Virus record (IMG/VR): IMGVR_UViG_3300030061_001589
Length of the DNA: 64,000 nucleotides
Source of the DNA: an uncultured virus (IMG/VR IMGVR_UViG_3300030061_001589)
Lineage: Duplodnaviria > Heunggongvirae > Uroviricota > Caudoviricetes
Strand: one strand, 5' to 3'
Position numbers and translations under genes: made by a program. Each line of letters begins with the position of its first letter. The stretch's first letter is position 1. Below the pieces are notes generated by a model. It was given only the letters and a program-made list of their open reading frames with translations. It did not search any database and was not told the DNA's origin. Below are positions 8,434 through 18,631 of this stretch, piece by piece.

Positions 8434-9005
8434 ATATTTTTATCTTAAATGAAAACCCCGAATTAGCAGCAAGAGATTACTGTAATAAGCACCTACCTAA
8501 AATGTGTGTAGAGATGCTTCAAATGTTAGGTAGTGCCGTGATTAGACACGGTGCAACGCCCGACATGATGCCTCTTACTAAAAAAGGTACGCCTCTTAAG
8601 GGTGGCTATCATAATCATCCGTGTACTCGATGGGTAGGCGACAGTAGCGATAATTATGTTTGGACTGTACGACACGCATTAGAATTATGCAAGGAGTACA
8701 CTAACAAGTATAACAAAATACATTTTTGCGAGGCAGGTATTCGACACCTTAGTAATATGGTAAAACTAATTCCCCAAAGCAATCGTACACATTTCGCTCT
8801 TGCTATGCCCGATGAGTATAGACCGAATTATATGACTGCTGTAAGTAAGCCCTTTGCTGTAATAACAGACGATGAAAAAGGTATCATCAGTCATGCAAGA
8901 GGCGAAGAAGCAATACAGGCTTACAGACGCTATTATCATAGCAAAGAGTTTGCTACGTGGGATGATAGGCGTACCCCTCATTGGTGGTTGGGGTTGGTCG
9001 AATGA
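8430..9005 (+). CDS. Pyrimidine-dimer DNA glycosylase / T4 endonuclease V family protein
   Basis: MNIF..., KHLPKM.VE..QML, HNHPCTRW, LC.EY..Y.K.H, AMPDEY and AYRRYY motifs. Confidence 0.85.
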   Translation: MNIFILNENPELAARDYCNKHLPKMCVEMLQMLGSAVIRHGATPDMMPLTKKGTPLKGGYHNHPCTRWVGDSSDNYVWTVRHALELCKEYTNKYNKIHFCEAGIRHLSNMVKLIPQSNRTHFALAMPDEYRPNYMTAVSKPFAVITDDEKGIISHARGEEAIQAYRRYYHSKEFATWDDRRTPHWWLGLVE

Positions 9006-9307
9006 AGATGCCCGACTTATATTATACATATGACACCGATGAAGAGTTTTTACACAATTGCCGCACAGATATTGAGAGGCAGATTGCACTAGGTCAAATG
9101 TATGCTATTGATGAAGAACCAAAGCCCGAACATTGTGATAAGGATGGGAATTGGAACGATGGAGAAAACTTCTATACTATACTCAATCTATGGGGGCAAT
9201 ACCACTACGATGAGACAAAGGCAGAAGAATTACTCTATAAAATGTTCAAAGAGGAATATTCTCAATACTTATATTACCCTAAAAGTAAGGTGATGTACAA
9301 TGAGTGA
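9002..9307 (+). CDS. Hypothetical acidic protein
   Basis: ATGA overlap with upstream gene. Confidence 0.65.
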   Translation: MKMPDLYYTYDTDEEFLHNCRTDIERQIALGQMYAIDEEPKPEHCDKDGNWNDGENFYTILNLWGQYHYDETKAEELLYKMFKEEYSQYLYYPKSKVMYNE

Positions 9308-9485
9308 TTGCGAGCATCCGGCAAATGGTACTTGTGTTTGGTCTGTAATAAGAGTTTATACAGTAAGTGCTGTATCTAACAATAGATTATTGACAGAAGT
9401 AGATGTAGAATGTATCAAATGCGGTATAAAAAAATACGTGGTATCAAGTGGTAATATATTAGAAGATGGAGAGGATATACAATGA
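9300..9485 (+). CDS. Small zinc-ribbon-like protein
   Basis: CEH...CIKCG; AGGTGA RBS. Confidence 0.6.
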   Translation: MSDCEHPANGTCVWSVIRVYTVSAVSNNRLLTEVDVECIKCGIKKYVVSSGNILEDGEDIQ

Positions 9486-9596
9486 GTAGTTTTTTCTTAA
9501 ATAAAAAACCACGCTTAAGAGTCAAGAACGACAGACTTAAAAAGGATAAGTCTTTAGTTAGAAACATGGCGAGAGCCGACAAAGGAGATAACAAAA

Positions 9597-11665
9597 ATGA
9601 ATAAAGAAAAATATGAAACGGAAATGGAAAGAGAGATATACAAGTCAATGTTAGATATGATACACAATGGCGATATTGTAGAAGATATGACGGATGCAGC
9701 AGCGAGGAAAAGAATATTGCACGTCAAAACTGTTCTACATAGAATGTTAGACGCTAATGCGTTTTTATCAGTAGGTGATGAACAATGAATAAACAAGAAA
9801 GAAAAGAAAGAAACCAAGAATTAAGAAAGAATGCCCCTATACCGGATGGTGAACACGACATAACAAATGTAATTTTTGAGAATATACACAATGGTATTAC
9901 AATGACAATTGTTAGTCATTGGGTTGGAGATATGGGAGTAATCCTATGGACTTCTGATGCCGGAGATATATACTCGACTAGAGATATTAAAGCACATTGG
10001 ATTATGTTAGAAGAAGAACCGGAAGGATGGTGAGTAAGATGGATGATGAAGAATATATTTGGGAGAGATTGAGAGGTACTGTATGGAATTACATTGAGAA
10101 AGAACACATGGAAGGTATGTGTGAAGGAAATACCACAATTACTGATGAAGAATGGTATGAGTTTGTTCATATGTTTCAAGACGCATTTGCTGATGAAGTT
10201 TCGGGATTAGCACTTGAGTTTTGGAATCAACGACACTACAATGGTATGGCTAAAATGGAGGAAGAAGAATGACTACAATAACGATAAAAGTAAAAATAGA
10301 TTTAGAAGAAGAATTAGAGATTGAAGCAGATGATTTGATACACCAAAGTATTGATGATTACATGGATTATGTTCGCGACCACATCCGTGATTACATAGAC
10401 ATAGATTGTGGTTTTGATTGGGAGTTGGCTTAGATGAGTAAGATGATTAAGGTTAGACTACAAGAGATTGCTGATGAATTACAAGCACTAAGAGATGCGG
10501 AAGAGGCGTGTGATTATGCCTTGCATTACATATACGAAGTCGAAAGTAGTTTGCCTAGCGGCATACATATGAGTCATCATGCAGGTATGGAGATGGAAGA
10601 TGTGCATTGTGAAATACAAGAGAGAATACAAGAGTTAGAAGATAAAATAGGGGCGATATAAAATGAGTGAATTAAAAAGAGAATATTGGTCGGAGACATT
10701 AGTTTGTACTACCGGAAAAGTAAAAATTGACAGAAGAGAGATTGCGGCAATAGTCGAAAGAGAGGTTTATGGTTCTTTAGATGTACATTTAAAGTCCGGT
10801 ACTATTTTTAACATACTAGATTGGGATGTAAATACCATAGCAAATCTCTATCTAATAGAGTCGCCACATGAAGAGGTACATACAGTACCTAATACTTTTA
10901 CCATAAGAGAAGGTAAAGCACCGGAGAGTGAAGAGTAATGCCTAACAAAAGACAGAATGCAGCACGATTGTATCTATATAATAGAAAGTATAAAGCACGT
11001 AGAAATTATACGGAGGAAGAGTAATGAATGGTGTAGAATTAAGCGATATAGTGCAGTTTGTATGGTATATTAACCAACGAGAGCCTCTTAATGGTGATGA
11101 CATTGAAGATATAATGAGAGCCTTAAAAGAATGGAATGGTGAAGATGAATGAAACAATGCGATTGTGAAGGTAGAGTTATTGATTACCCTAAGCCTATGT
11201 ACCCTAGTTATTGTGGTAAATGTGAGGGTTGGTTCTGATGCCTCAATTACCTAGAGATGATAAAGATACAGGCTACAAAGGTGATATGCCGACAAGTATT
11301 ACAAGTATGAGGAATATGAAAAGCCACCTTAAAAGAAAAATGAGGATGGATGAAATACATCCCGATAATGTAAGTGATGATGAGATGACTAATTTCTTGA
11401 TTAGTAGTTTTGGTTTTAGTAGAGAGTTTTGTGCTAAAGCAGTAGAAGAATGGAGAGATGAATTATGAGAGAGGAAAGAGTTATGATTGACATAAAAGTA
11501 AATCACGCACAACGTAGTGGGTACTTTGTTAGGTGTCAGCAATTAAGAAACGCCATAGAGAAGATTGAGACTTTACGAGAATGTACGGTTGTAGGTCTTG
11601 TGTATGATGGGGCAAATACAATAGAATTACTTCTTGACCCACCACTAGGAGATGATGAGGAATGA
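9597..11665 (+). other. Run of small coupled hypothetical genes (9597-9788, 9785-10033, ~10030-10272, 10269-10433, 10434-10661, 10663-10938, 10938-11024, 11024-11152, 11238-11468, 11465-11665)
   Basis: Start/stop overlaps with GGAG/GGTGA RBSs; several strongly acidic. Confidence 0.65.
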
Positions 11666-11952
11666 GTAGTATTGAGGAAAAAGTAATTGCTGAAATTAGA
11701 CAACGTGCTGTAAAGGGCGAGGCCAAATACGGTACTACAATGGATAGGGATGACCTATCTTTTGTCGAATGGATGCAACATTTGAAAGAAGAATTGATGG
11801 ATGCAGTAGTGTACGCACAAAAGATACTTGAGTATTCACTAGATGCTCACCCAAACGAAAATATTAGAGATGTAGCAAAAGCGGCAAATGAATATGTAGA
11901 TTATGAGGCTTTAGACACGCAATCGAACACCTTATATATAGAAGAAGAGTAG
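11662..11952 (+). CDS. All-alpha NTP pyrophosphatase-like (MazG-superfamily) small protein
   Basis: R..KG..KYG and HLKEELMDAVVY acidic helix motif. Confidence 0.55.
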   Translation: MSSIEEKVIAEIRQRAVKGEAKYGTTMDRDDLSFVEWMQHLKEELMDAVVYAQKILEYSLDAHPNENIRDVAKAANEYVDYEALDTQSNTLYIEEE

Positions 11953-11959
11953 GGATATT

Positions 11960-12232
11960 ATGAGAAAAGTACAGTTAAAACGCATGGTCGCTAAGGCACT
12001 TATCGGCCAAGAACAGGGCTTAACAGCACAGGAGATTTACGGTAAATTAAACTACCAAGCACTATCCAAGATTAAGAACCCTAAGCATATATCTAACATA
12101 CTAAAGAGTATGAAAGGTGTAGGTAAATATAATACAGGCGTAGGTGTTAAACTAAATGGAGATAGATACAAAGTAAATCTATACAAGATTGAGGACATGG
12201 ATGAAGTAATGAAATTGGGGGGGCTTAAGTGA
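11960..12232 (+). CDS. Putative winged-helix DNA-binding protein
   Basis: GLTAQEIY...ISNILK...NLY pattern; own class B promoter. Confidence 0.65.
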   Translation: MRKVQLKRMVAKALIGQEQGLTAQEIYGKLNYQALSKIKNPKHISNILKSMKGVGKYNTGVGVKLNGDRYKVNLYKIEDMDEVMKLGGLK

Positions 12233-12570
12233 AGAAGTTAGAACCACAATGGCCGTATGTAGATTATGAATACCGAGAAGCAGATGAGAACGCAATAAAT
12301 ATAGACTATGTAATAAAGATACTAAAAGACGATGGTTGTTGGGAGTTTAGTAATGTAGAATTGGCTAGGAGAATAGAAGAGTTTGGTGTCTATGTTCCTG
12401 AATATGAGAATCGCATACAGCGATATAGAAATACATTAGAGATGGCTTACGAGTTTATGTTCATAGGCCAATTCAAAGCGAAAACCCCGCAGAAAACAAT
12501 CAAGAGATTCAAGAATGCTATTGATAGGGTAAAAGAAACAGTAAGGAGAAATAAAAATGAGCGAAAATAG
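12229..12570 (+). CDS. Hypothetical protein
   Basis: Coupled ORF. Confidence 0.6.
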   Translation: MKKLEPQWPYVDYEYREADENAINIDYVIKILKDDGCWEFSNVELARRIEEFGVYVPEYENRIQRYRNTLEMAYEFMFIGQFKAKTPQKTIKRFKNAIDRVKETVRRNKNERK

Positions 12571-12763
12571 AAGATGGATAAACTTTGGAAAATACAGTAG
12601 CCCACCGATTGGTAAAGGTAAGATATTAGATTGTGTCGTGATGGAAAAAAGAACGGACAACCCACTAGCGACACAAGCGGGGTTGTATATCAAAATGACA
12701 CTAAATGGTGTTTTGTTTGAAGGTATATTAGAATCAGTAATAAGTGAGGATGAGGAAGAATGA
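12557..12763 (+). CDS. Hypothetical protein
   Basis: Coupled ORF with GGAG RBS. Confidence 0.6.
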   Translation: MSENRRWINFGKYSSPPIGKGKILDCVVMEKRTDNPLATQAGLYIKMTLNGVLFEGILESVISEDEEE

Positions 12764-12887
12764 ATGAAAAGATAGGAGTATATTACGTGGAAGAGGTCGG
12801 TTATATTACAGGTCTAGCGGAAGCGGAGAGAATAACGTGTTCTTTTACAGGTAAGCCGCCTGTATTCGTTGAATGGGAGAGAGAAGA

Positions 12888-13121
12888 ATGAATGAACATA
12901 CATGGGAAAAACTAGACGCTGATATGAGAAGCGACATGGCCGAGGAATACATACAAGAAAGGTGTCCACATGAGGATGTACATATTGATGACTTTGAGGT
13001 TATCAATAATGGTGAAAATGTTCTTGTTCATATATGTTGTGATAGGTGCGGAAAATCACAAGAGCATACCTTAGATATATACGCCATGCTAGACGACTTA
13101 GATTTACGGTGGGAAGAATGA
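12888..13121 (+). CDS. Small zinc-ribbon-like protein
   Basis: CPH...CDRCG. Confidence 0.65.
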   Translation: MNEHTWEKLDADMRSDMAEEYIQERCPHEDVHIDDFEVINNGENVLVHICCDRCGKSQEHTLDIYAMLDDLDLRWEE

Positions 13122-13981
13122 TTACACATACTTTTAACTTAAAAGATTTAACCATATATCATGCTTCGCCTGTAAGGAGAAACGATGAGGGTAAAACTGT
13201 TATACAACAATGTCATGTAGGATTGCAGAATAAAAAAGATAATTTCCTTATTGTTAGGAGAGAAGTATTGAAGCAGTTATTAGACTATTGCTATGAATCA
13301 TGTCGTGAAGAACCTTTGAGTAAATCCGAGTTTAATTTTATGTATAGAAATTGTATAGAACACAGGCCATCTAGTTTTTCGCTAAAAGCAATAATACACG
13401 ATGCTATTTACGATGCAGATGATGTAGAAATTACATTTGTTGTTGGTGATTATAATACAGTAGTAGAAATACCGCAAAAGAAACCACTACAATTAGATGA
13501 TATGTTTTACACTACTTGTCGTGATACTTTATCTAGTGTTGTAAACTTGAGAACAAGCGATAGACCAAAAATGTTTTTAATGAACAGTCAAGCCACTAAA
13601 GAAATGAGAAATCTTAAGAAGGGTAGAGTCCTTTGTAGTGTTTTTACGACAAATCTAAATACTCTATATGATTTTCATAATCTAATATTCCTTGAGATAA
13701 CACAATTACCAAAATACTATACCATAGCGGTCAAAATTAAGTGTGGTAGTGGGTATGTACAACCTGTACCCGAACACACGAATGACGGGCTTGTATGTAT
13801 GGAAAACAACGATGTTTTACATAGTGTTTTGAAACAGATGTTAGAGAACCTAGATGATGAAATAAGTTTGGATAATTTATCAAAATTACAAGGTAAAAAG
13901 GCGTGGAATAAATACAACCCTAACCTTTGGTTTTCCGATAAAAATAAGTTAGAACGTGAAAATTATTTATTCTTTTTATGA
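13118..13981 (+). CDS. Hypothetical protein next to the candidate origin
   Basis: Long ORF with ATGA overlap; no recognised motif. Confidence 0.7.
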   Translation: MITHTFNLKDLTIYHASPVRRNDEGKTVIQQCHVGLQNKKDNFLIVRREVLKQLLDYCYESCREEPLSKSEFNFMYRNCIEHRPSSFSLKAIIHDAIYDADDVEITFVVGDYNTVVEIPQKKPLQLDDMFYTTCRDTLSSVVNLRTSDRPKMFLMNSQATKEMRNLKKGRVLCSVFTTNLNTLYDFHNLIFLEITQLPKYYTIAVKIKCGSGYVQPVPEHTNDGLVCMENNDVLHSVLKQMLENLDDEISLDNLSKLQGKKAWNKYNPNLWFSDKNKLERENYLFFL

Positions 13982-13991
13982 TTCTAAATTA

Positions 13992-14154
13992 CGCAAAAAG
14001 AATAACAGGCTTGCAGTACTGCGGTTTTGTTAATTCTTTAATTAATTCAATAGTATGTTTGGTATGGCCTTCTACTATTATTCTCATCTATACTATAGAA
14101 GAAATAAAATTAATTAGAAAATAGAGAGCAGTACATCGTTTTATTCTTTTTGTG
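13992..14154. repeat. Long imperfect inverted repeat in an AT-rich intergenic gap (candidate origin)
   Basis: CGCAAAAAGAATAA...TAGTAT mirrored by ATACTA...TTATTCTTTTTGTG with equal 45-nt spacing. Confidence 0.7.
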
Positions 14155-14216
14155 AAAAGCAGAAATAAAAAAAAGAATTAAAAAGTTTATAATCGAAAGA
14201 AAAGGAGAGAAGAAAT

Positions 14217-14636
14217 ATGAGTAGAGCGACAGGACAAATGCTTCAAGACGAAGTATATCAAATACTAAAAGACAAACCGCAAGGAATGACAGCGTATGAG
14301 ATAAACAACATATTGAATGACAAAGAACGACTTAGAAAGAAGAATGAAGAAAAATATGAAAGGAGAAATATTGACGGTTATCATCCTATTAGACTAAGGG
14401 GAAATGGTAGCGGTAATACTACAATACAATTATCCGCAAAACTAAGTAGAAGTATATTGTTTGATAGTAGGATGGAATCAAAAAGAAACCCAACGGGGCA
14501 ATTGACCCCTACTAATATTTACACAGCAAGAGATTTAGAAGTAGCGTATGATAAAATGATTAAAAGTAAAAAGAAACTAAGTAAGTTTCCTAAAGTATTA
14601 CAAAATTACGCTAAAAGTAAGGCGGTGGAACAATGA
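14217..14636 (+). CDS. Putative winged-helix DNA-binding protein
   Basis: VYQILK..PQGMTAYEI...QLSAKLSRS; TTTATAA 30 nt upstream. Confidence 0.65.
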   Translation: MSRATGQMLQDEVYQILKDKPQGMTAYEINNILNDKERLRKKNEEKYERRNIDGYHPIRLRGNGSGNTTIQLSAKLSRSILFDSRMESKRNPTGQLTPTNIYTARDLEVAYDKMIKSKKKLSKFPKVLQNYAKSKAVEQ

Positions 14637-15514
14637 AGGCTAACATAGTAGAAACTTATGGAGATACAGATATTGTATGGAATAAGATATATGGTGAACA
14701 CACATCGAAAACACCTACGACTCTCATAGTCTTTAATCAGAATGAAAAGGGTTATGCTAGTTTTATTACAGGTATGGGTTTGATAGGTGATGAGAAACCT
14801 GTCGCTAGAATCTTTAGTAGGTTGCATCAAGTAGAGCCTTTCAATAATTACCCCGAACCTGTATTTCCTGAATGGAGATTGTTTGAAAAGAAAAATATGG
14901 ATGGTGATAGATTCTTTATTCTTAGGATTACACATACATTCCCTGTACACAATGATGATGAATCTTCTATATCGTGGTTATACACATACCCTATCATTAG
15001 AGATATAGTCTTAGCACTAAATAATAAGGGTGTTGATTCTCTATGTTATCTTACGGTAAATCTAATGCAGGAGTTTTCTACTACTACTCATGGTATGATA
15101 CATGAGAATGAAATAGGTATCTTTGACTACATGAACCACGAAGAAGATATTCAGTTAATTACTAATCACGGAACAAAAGCCCATAATGTTAAGATGAAGA
15201 GTGAACGAAAACTAAAAGAAGATATAGTGATGCCGTTGCCTGTTTGGGCTTTCGGTGCGGTGTTCAAAAACTTTTGTAGAAATACTATTAAGGAAAATAT
15301 AACTGTAATAGGTGGTAGGGATAGAAACACATTTGTAAATACTGAAACACAAGAAACACTATCATGGTTTGTTCAAGATAAATATAAATTGACCGTAGAC
15401 CATGAAAAGGAAAAGTATTTAACCGTTCTATTGTCTGACTTAGAACACCTTACCAAGCCGCTAAGTCTTGATAGGGCTATGGTAGAGTTTGGGGGTGATG
15501 AGTTTGGAGAGTAA
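14633..15514 (+). CDS. Hypothetical protein, weak resemblance to PAC2 proteasome-assembly-chaperone fold
   Basis: Long ORF; alpha/beta pattern only. Confidence 0.5.
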   Translation: MKANIVETYGDTDIVWNKIYGEHTSKTPTTLIVFNQNEKGYASFITGMGLIGDEKPVARIFSRLHQVEPFNNYPEPVFPEWRLFEKKNMDGDRFFILRITHTFPVHNDDESSISWLYTYPIIRDIVLALNNKGVDSLCYLTVNLMQEFSTTTHGMIHENEIGIFDYMNHEEDIQLITNHGTKAHNVKMKSERKLKEDIVMPLPVWAFGAVFKNFCRNTIKENITVIGGRDRNTFVNTETQETLSWFVQDKYKLTVDHEKEKYLTVLLSDLEHLTKPLSLDRAMVEFGGDEFGE

Positions 15515-16838
15515 TTTTAACGTATTTGAAAAGACGCAGGAGTTTGCTACAAGAAACTTCTTCATAGATGTAGAAGATAAGATACCTATATTTCTATGTA
15601 GTATCGGTGGGCATTTATTTAACAGTATGAATAAGTGTAGCCGATGCGACTTCGACCCTGATAGCCCATTATACACGACAGGCGACTTCGTTATAGAGCA
15701 TTGTCCTCTACGTCATAATAATATGCCTTTCTACACGCCTATGTCTCAATTACCTGATACAAGGATTCACCTAATGCTTAGAGGTGCTAAAGGTTCGGGT
15801 AAAAGTATTCTCATCTTAATGTTCTTAGCAGAAAATACAGGTCTTGTTCATAGCAACAATGCAGATATGGGTCATGGCTACCGTACAATGATGGGTGCTA
15901 ATTCTATTACGGAAGCAGGTATGTTTGGTTCGGTAGACGAGGATGGTAATATAGCAGGGCGGCCTATCGCTAGAGAATTATGCGGTGGCTTCTTAGGCTT
16001 TGAAGAGTTTTCCTCTATGTCTGATGCGTCTAAAAAAGACCACAGCCTAGACATGAAAAACCAATTACTTACATCACTCGATAATGGTAGAGTAAACAAA
16101 GCCATGAGAAACGGGTGGGTAAATTATACTACACGATATACTATATGGGCCGGAACACAACCCGCTAGGTTTGAGTTAGAATCCGGTCTTGACAGAAGAT
16201 TCTTTATCATTGATATTGAGATGACACCGGAGAAGGAACAGGCTTACAAGAAAGCACAACACGCACAAGCAAATATGCAGATAGAAGAAAGGTCATCCTT
16301 AGCAAATCTTAATATTGAGATTAAGGATTGGATTAGGACTAGACAACAATATGCTACACGCAATCCACCAACAGGTGTTTTGTTTGATGATGAGGTAGCA
16401 GAATGGATTGACAGGCCGGATGTACGTTCTTTTGAGGCAGATTTATTTCGTAGATTATGTATAGGTTATCACATGATGCAACCTACTTATGTTGGTGGAC
16501 AACCACTAATTATTACTCTTGACGATACTCTTAGGGGAATACTAAATCAATCACTAGAGATGAGAAGAAGAGTAATGGATGCAGACCTTGAGTTAATCAA
16601 GAGTACGTTTTGGATGAAGGATATATCTAAATCAATATTACTAAAAGAAGTCTCCAAGATGATTACAGCAGGTGATTATCAATCAGCGAAGAGATGGGTT
16701 GTGGAAAACCTAGAGGGTCAATCATGGTACGGTGAATATGCACCTAACGTCAAGAGGCGTGGTAGAAAGGGTATTACTTGCCGTATCGGAACACAGCGTC
16801 TTGAATCAGATGAAGAGGAACAAAAGTGGGGTATATAG
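15498..16838 (+). CDS. mcm: MCM-like AAA+ ATPase (putative replicative helicase)
   Basis: IHLMLRGAKGSGKS Walker A, TEAGMFGSV, GFLGFEEFS Walker B, LLTSLDNGRV, WAGTQP, GLDRRF. Confidence 0.75.
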   Translation: MSLESNFNVFEKTQEFATRNFFIDVEDKIPIFLCSIGGHLFNSMNKCSRCDFDPDSPLYTTGDFVIEHCPLRHNNMPFYTPMSQLPDTRIHLMLRGAKGSGKSILILMFLAENTGLVHSNNADMGHGYRTMMGANSITEAGMFGSVDEDGNIAGRPIARELCGGFLGFEEFSSMSDASKKDHSLDMKNQLLTSLDNGRVNKAMRNGWVNYTTRYTIWAGTQPARFELESGLDRRFFIIDIEMTPEKEQAYKKAQHAQANMQIEERSSLANLNIEIKDWIRTRQQYATRNPPTGVLFDDEVAEWIDRPDVRSFEADLFRRLCIGYHMMQPTYVGGQPLIITLDDTLRGILNQSLEMRRRVMDADLELIKSTFWMKDISKSILLKEVSKMITAGDYQSAKRWVVENLEGQSWYGEYAPNVKRRGRKGITCRIGTQRLESDEEEQKWGI

Positions 16839-17447
16839 ATGAGGACAGCAAGAGAAATACAACAAAGACTACACGGAGAAAATGATGCCTTTGCTATCGA
16901 GGTTCTTAGGTGGGTTTTAGATGGTGGCTGCCCTATGTGCGACCACAAATCCAAGAAGGATTACGAATTAGGTATAATGAATGAAGAGTTTAGTGCTACG
17001 TTTTTAGAAGTAAGACACAATTGGAATGAAGGTGTAGTTATGAACCACATGGATAATCATATAGAGTTTGATGCTTTACAGGCAAAGAATATGGAAGAAG
17101 ATAGGCAGCAAACTATCTCTACATTAGATGCGGCAGAAGATATTGTTATTAGGATTCAGAATTACTTAAACGAATTAGAAGTGCAGAAAGAAGCAGCAGG
17201 TGGTATATCATCCGAGTTTGTTAGTGATGCGGCAAAACTAATTGGACAGGCTAATTCTTCTTTGAAATTAGTAGGTCAATTGAAAAAAGAAATAGGTGTA
17301 GATTCGCAGTTGATGTTGGCCCAAGCACAGGTCAATGATATGTCGAGAATATTAATAGAGGTATTAGGTTCTCACCCACAATTATTAGACCAAGTAGAAT
17401 TGAAAATGGCTTTGTTGAAAGAACCTTCGGTGATTATAGATGGGTAA
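16839..17447 (+). CDS. Zinc/HTH-like protein with coiled-coil C-terminus
   Basis: CPMCDH...NHMDNH. Confidence 0.6.
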   Translation: MRTAREIQQRLHGENDAFAIEVLRWVLDGGCPMCDHKSKKDYELGIMNEEFSATFLEVRHNWNEGVVMNHMDNHIEFDALQAKNMEEDRQQTISTLDAAEDIVIRIQNYLNELEVQKEAAGGISSEFVSDAAKLIGQANSSLKLVGQLKKEIGVDSQLMLAQAQVNDMSRILIEVLGSHPQLLDQVELKMALLKEPSVIIDG

Positions 17448-17688
17448 AAAATGGCGGTCTGATTCTGTTAAGACTCTTATAAATAGGTCTATCTATGAAA
17501 AAGATATGCCTAAATTAATTAGTGCTATGAAAGAAGATAATCTTACGGCAAATATAACTCACAACGGTATAGAATGGTATCATGCAGATTATAGGATAAC
17601 TAAGACTTCTATAATGGATGTTTGGGGTCTTACCGCAGGACAAATGGAACGTGTGCAGAATTACGTTTATGGGCATGACCCATTCTAA
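17440..17688 (+). CDS. Hypothetical protein
   Basis: Coupled ORF with GGTGA RBS. Confidence 0.65.
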   Translation: MGKKWRSDSVKTLINRSIYEKDMPKLISAMKEDNLTANITHNGIEWYHADYRITKTSIMDVWGLTAGQMERVQNYVYGHDPF

Positions 17689-17741
17689 CTTTATATAGTA
17701 GTATATCAAAAAAATTGTAGCAAAAAAATTATGGTGAGCCT

Positions 17742-18407
17742 ATGGGTATAGTGATATTTACAGATGATGACAGTAAGTTTATGGAATCTAAATACATTAT
17801 GATGATAGGAGAAATTGATACACCACCTACCGACAAAGATACTACTTACATTTTGCGTAGCAATAAGTTTAAGGAAAAGGATGTGTTAGAATGGCTTCCT
17901 TTAATAACAAACCGACTTGTAGTTTGTTGTGATAAACCACCTAAGATAACTAAGAAAAGTGAGGACTATGTTATTGTATCTGATTCTCTTAAGATTAAGG
18001 GTAAAAGTAATCACTACTCCCCAATAAACGCTTTGCTAACATGGAAGGATAGAAGAAGAGTTAATGCAGTATTTAGTAAAACTCCTTTGCCTTTGGCTAA
18101 GGCTTTCTTGAAAGAAAATGACGTAGACATTACAGTATGGCGTAAATTAGCCAAAACTGCTATGTTTTTACCGGAAAAGTATGTGAGGGCGATAATGGTT
18201 TATGGTATAGAACCTGCTCATAAAAAAACTAAGTTTCCTAAGAAGAAAAAACAGGAATACAGACACGAACAATGTCGTTTAACTGATAAGCACATAGAGG
18301 TCATTGTGGAAAACTCTATAACCGTAAGTAATCGTATTAAGGAACAAGGCGGAAGCATACCTAAAGGTATGAACAAGTCTAAGGGTTTGATACAAGAATG
18401 GTTATGA
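17742..18407 (+). CDS. Hypothetical protein, possibly a degenerate clamp-loader partner subunit
   Basis: GGTGAG RBS; basic C-terminal region ending LIQEWL. Confidence 0.55.
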   Translation: MGIVIFTDDDSKFMESKYIMMIGEIDTPPTDKDTTYILRSNKFKEKDVLEWLPLITNRLVVCCDKPPKITKKSEDYVIVSDSLKIKGKSNHYSPINALLTWKDRRRVNAVFSKTPLPLAKAFLKENDVDITVWRKLAKTAMFLPEKYVRAIMVYGIEPAHKKTKFPKKKKQEYRHEQCRLTDKHIEVIVENSITVSNRIKEQGGSIPKGMNKSKGLIQEWL

Positions 18408-18607
18408 GTTTTATTTTAATGTGTTTAGCGGGGGAAATGATAGGTAAGGCTTTAACACAACCGTATGTTAAACTTGCTATAAAAGAAAAATTAGTACAAA
18501 CAGATGCAAAGCATTCCACTTCACCTAGTAGTGAAGCAGAAGGTGTCTCTTATGGAGATTCTTATATGATGGCCGCTATGTATCAAAGTATGGGGAATGA
18601 TTTATAA
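18398..18607 (+). CDS. Small hypothetical protein with hydrophobic N-terminus
   Basis: Coupled ORF. Confidence 0.5.
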   Translation: MVMSFILMCLAGEMIGKALTQPYVKLAIKEKLVQTDAKHSTSPSSEAEGVSYGDSYMMAAMYQSMGNDL

Positions 18608-18631
18608 GCACTATGAGGCTTACATTTATAC

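Noticed and set aside
2785..13121. Shared C-terminal EEE or EVIA peptides as a targeting signal
   Set aside because: Explained by the next gene's purine-rich RBS (GAGGAAGA, GAGGTGATT) overlapping the last codons.
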